DNA of 29,077 bases from a virus (Duplodnaviria; Caudoviricetes), in IMG/VR virus record IMGVR_UViG_3300042864_000506, positions 1 through 29,077 of that record; one strand, given 5' to 3'. The stretch's first letter is position 1, and every line of letters starts with the position of its first letter. Shown piece after piece: positions 27,135 through 29,077 of the stretch. The position numbers and the translations under genes were made by a program. The notes below the pieces were generated by a model. It had not been told where the DNA came from. It worked only from the letters and a program-made list of their open reading frames with translations, and ran no database searches.

Positions 27135-27140
27135 TGAATT

Positions 27141-27407
27141 ATGGAAAATATATTTGGGGGATTGATTGAATTCGAAACAGAAAATGAGTTTGATGAATTT
27201 GTTAAAGACATCAACGAAAAAAACGCACTATCAATTATTGAAAAGGCTATTGAATATGGTCACCATAATAATTTATATTCGGTGCAAGAAACGTATTTTA
27301 TTTATAAATGTTTAAAAAAATTAAAAGATTATGCAAATAAAAATCAGGGAGATAGTATACATAATGATGATACTAACGGGGATATTAGTTCAGAGGTACG
27401 GTCTTAA
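27141..27407 (+). CDS. Hypothetical protein
   Basis: 88 aa acidic/helical ORF preceded by a promoter-like element. Confidence 0.6.
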   Translation: MENIFGGLIEFETENEFDEFVKDINEKNALSIIEKAIEYGHHNNLYSVQETYFIYKCLKKLKDYANKNQGDSIHNDDTNGDISSEVRS

Positions 27408-27513
27408 AGGAGCCGACCCCGAATTGGTAAAGTATTTTGGTTGGGGAGCAATCAGTTTAGGGTCATTTAACATTGTATTGGATTACATTAGAAAACCTAA
27501 AAAGAATAAATAA
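27331..27513 (+). CDS. Small two-TM membrane protein
   Basis: 60 aa with two hydrophobic stretches (IVYIMMILTGILV; YFGWGAISLGSFNIVL) and a basic tail; overlaps the upstream ORF tail by 77 nt. Confidence 0.5.
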   Translation: MQIKIREIVYIMMILTGILVQRYGLKGADPELVKYFGWGAISLGSFNIVLDYIRKPKKNK

Positions 27514-27514
27514 G

Positions 27515-28213
27515 ATGGATACAATTACAAGTTACGACGACTTAGTTCAACATCTAATTGATAATAAAATTACGATGGTTCGCCCCGATGAATTTAAAAC
27601 GATATTCAACCATCATTCTGAAATATCCAAAGTAGATGGAGATATAGTAGAGTGTGGTGTTTGGAGGGGTGGATTTTCAATATTTTTAAGTTATGTTTTT
27701 CAGGATAAAAATATTTGGGTATGTGATTCATATGAAGGGTTCCAACCTATTGAAATTGCTAAACATAGTTATGATAGGGAAAGACACACAAATCATTACA
27801 CACACAATTCTGTTGGTCCGATAGCCATTAGTTTAGAAGAAGTTCAATCACACTTTAAATCATATGGATTAGGTGATGACAAACGAATTAAATTTTTAAA
27901 AGGATTTGTTAAAGATACTCTACCGACATCTGGAATAGAAAAAGTATCCTTATTAAGGATAGATGTGGACGCATTTTCCGCCACACTAGAAACTTTAGAA
28001 GAATTATATGATAAGGTACAACCAGGTGGATATATTATATTTGACGATTCTGGTCTATATGAATCCTTAGATGCGATTAGAGTATTTTTTAAACAAAGAG
28101 ATATACCTGAATTCTTAAACCATCCCGTAACCAATCAACAATTAGATATTAATTTAAGGTATACAAATGATGACTCGGGTTTACCACCAGGTTGTTATAT
28201 TATAAAAAAATAA
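27515..28213 (+). CDS. TylF/MycF-family (macrocin-type) O-methyltransferase
   Basis: GDIVECGVWRGG, VCDSYEG, FLKGFVKDTLP, LLRIDVD, LYDKVQPGGYIIFDD. Start placed at ATG 27515. Confidence 0.88.
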   Translation: MDTITSYDDLVQHLIDNKITMVRPDEFKTIFNHHSEISKVDGDIVECGVWRGGFSIFLSYVFQDKNIWVCDSYEGFQPIEIAKHSYDRERHTNHYTHNSVGPIAISLEEVQSHFKSYGLGDDKRIKFLKGFVKDTLPTSGIEKVSLLRIDVDAFSATLETLEELYDKVQPGGYIIFDDSGLYESLDAIRVFFKQRDIPEFLNHPVTNQQLDINLRYTNDDSGLPPGCYIIKK

Positions 28214-28218
28214 ATAAA

Positions 28219-28413
28219 ATGAAAAAGAAATATTACAAAGACTTTTTTATTTACAAGAAAAAACATCATTGGTTTTTAATTCCAACAATTGTTTTCTTTT
28301 ATAATAAAACGGAGTTTCTTGAGACAGGTGTAACATCACCATCTTGGGGATTAACAATTAGATGGTTAACGTATATGATAGGAATACAAATACAACAAGG
28401 ATATGGAAAATAA
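28219..28413 (+). CDS. Small hypothetical protein
   Basis: 64 aa from ATG 28219, aromatic/hydrophobic; fills the gap between neighbouring genes. Confidence 0.5.
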   Translation: MKKKYYKDFFIYKKKHHWFLIPTIVFFYNKTEFLETGVTSPSWGLTIRWLTYMIGIQIQQGYGK

Positions 28414-28774
28414 TAATGGAGGTGTATTAATAATTGGATTAATAATTGGGGCACTCATCGGTGTGTTTGTTTCATTAACGTATTTTAATGATAAACCCAT
28501 ACCCGTTGTGACAACAAACATATGTAAGGAAGATTCGTTACAAAACGTAATTATTGAATTACAAATGGATTTGAAAATGCAATCAGATGGGTTTGATTCC
28601 AAAGAGAGAAGATATGAAGATATTTTATTTGAATATGAATATGGAGTTGACCATTTAAAGAACTATCAACCACAAGCATATAGAGAGTTCCACAGAATTT
28701 TATCTCATAAAGAAAATTTCAGCAGAAAAGACGAACAAGATAATATAAAAAGGTTGGAGACGCCAAAATGGTAA
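28403..28774 (+). CDS. Membrane-anchored coiled-coil hypothetical protein
   Basis: N-terminal TM segment [22 protein letters not shown] followed by a helical acidic region. Confidence 0.6.
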   Translation: MENNNGGVLIIGLIIGALIGVFVSLTYFNDKPIPVVTTNICKEDSLQNVIIELQMDLKMQSDGFDSKERRYEDILFEYEYGVDHLKNYQPQAYREFHRILSHKENFSRKDEQDNIKRLETPKW

Positions 28775-28776
28775 AC

Positions 28777-29077
28777 ATGAATAGATTAGATAAAAGATAT
28801 CAAGATTTATTACAAGATATTTTAGATAATGGAGTCGTAAAAACGGACAGAACAGGTACTGGAACCATTTCAGTATTTGGTAGACAAATTAAACATAAGA
28901 TGTCACAAGGGTTTCCATTACTAACCACAAAGAAAATTGCGTGGAATACAATGGTAACGGAGTTGTTATGGTTTCTTAAAGGAGACACCAACATCAAATA
29001 TCTCGTAGATAACAATTGTCACATTTGGGATGGTGATGCGTATAAGAGTTATCAAAATATAACCAAAATAGAAATCG
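28777..29077 (+). CDS. thyA: Thymidylate synthase ThyA, 3'-truncated by window edge
   Basis: Hand translation [33 protein letters not shown]...GFPLLTTKK...[15 protein letters not shown]...IWD gives the canonical ThyA N-terminus. Alternative in-frame ATG at 28768. Not in the ORF track. Confidence 0.95.
   Translation, partial: MNRLDKRYQDLLQDILDNGVVKTDRTGTGTISVFGRQIKHKMSQGFPLLTTKKIAWNTMVTELLWFLKGDTNIKYLVDNNCHIWDGDAYKSYQNITKIEI

Noticed and set aside
1771-28602. Short nested ORFs of 60-96 aa inside larger genes (e.g. 1771-1962, 4434-4616, 5598-5885, 8528-8776, 12452-12709, 16382-16630, 19610-19858, 27844-28134, 28366-28602)
   Set aside because: Fully or almost fully overlapped by well-supported genes, with no motifs or start context.
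27331-28774. Holin/spanin lysis cassette from the small membrane ORFs
   Set aside because: No endolysin or convincing lipobox nearby; hydrophobicity alone is insufficient.
28800-29015. 71-aa minus-strand ORF
   Set aside because: Antisense shadow of the clear thyA frame on the plus strand.
1-29077. Stop-codon recoding as in some large phages
   Set aside because: Genes are intact and tightly packed under the standard code, and TAA, TAG (965, 26765) and TGA (450, 2219) all terminate plausible full-length proteins.

Overview
AT-rich, gene-dense window (GC not computed, roughly 30% by eye), best read as part of a large T4-like/jumbo phage genome. Support for this: a tail-fibre gene with a C-terminal S74 chaperone domain, a gp23-like capsid fragment, thyA, an orphan DNA methyltransferase, and no flippase, polymerase, exporter or housekeeping context. 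About 25 kb encodes a soluble glycosylation and glycan-tailoring toolkit in two convergent blocks (1-13181 on +, 13178-25276 on -). It has about 15 glycosyltransferase(-like) domains (GT4, GT2/GT-A, Fringe/GT31-like, Aah/TibC-type heptosyltransferase-like), three NDP-sugar epimerases (GDP-Man 3,5-epimerase-like, CDP-paratose 2-epimerase-like, GalE-like), three O-methyltransferase domains (FkbM, MycE-like, TylF), two sulfotransferase-like and two SGNH-like proteins, and a 2OG-Fe(II) oxygenase. Main candidate system: an Aah/TibC-like protein-serine glycosyltransferase directly upstream of a tail fibre carrying 56 + 40 perfect (S/T)-(S/A/N)-G triplets, suggesting phage-encoded virion O-glycosylation. 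Other signals: a shared C-terminal [LI][LI] tag (usually preceded by Lys) on six consecutive tailoring enzymes, recurring near-leaderless promoters, tandem palindromes upstream of an RHH-like gene, a 70-aa capsid-helix mini-gene, and an unannotated MACGCK micro-ORF. All family assignments come from motif recognition by eye, not database searches.
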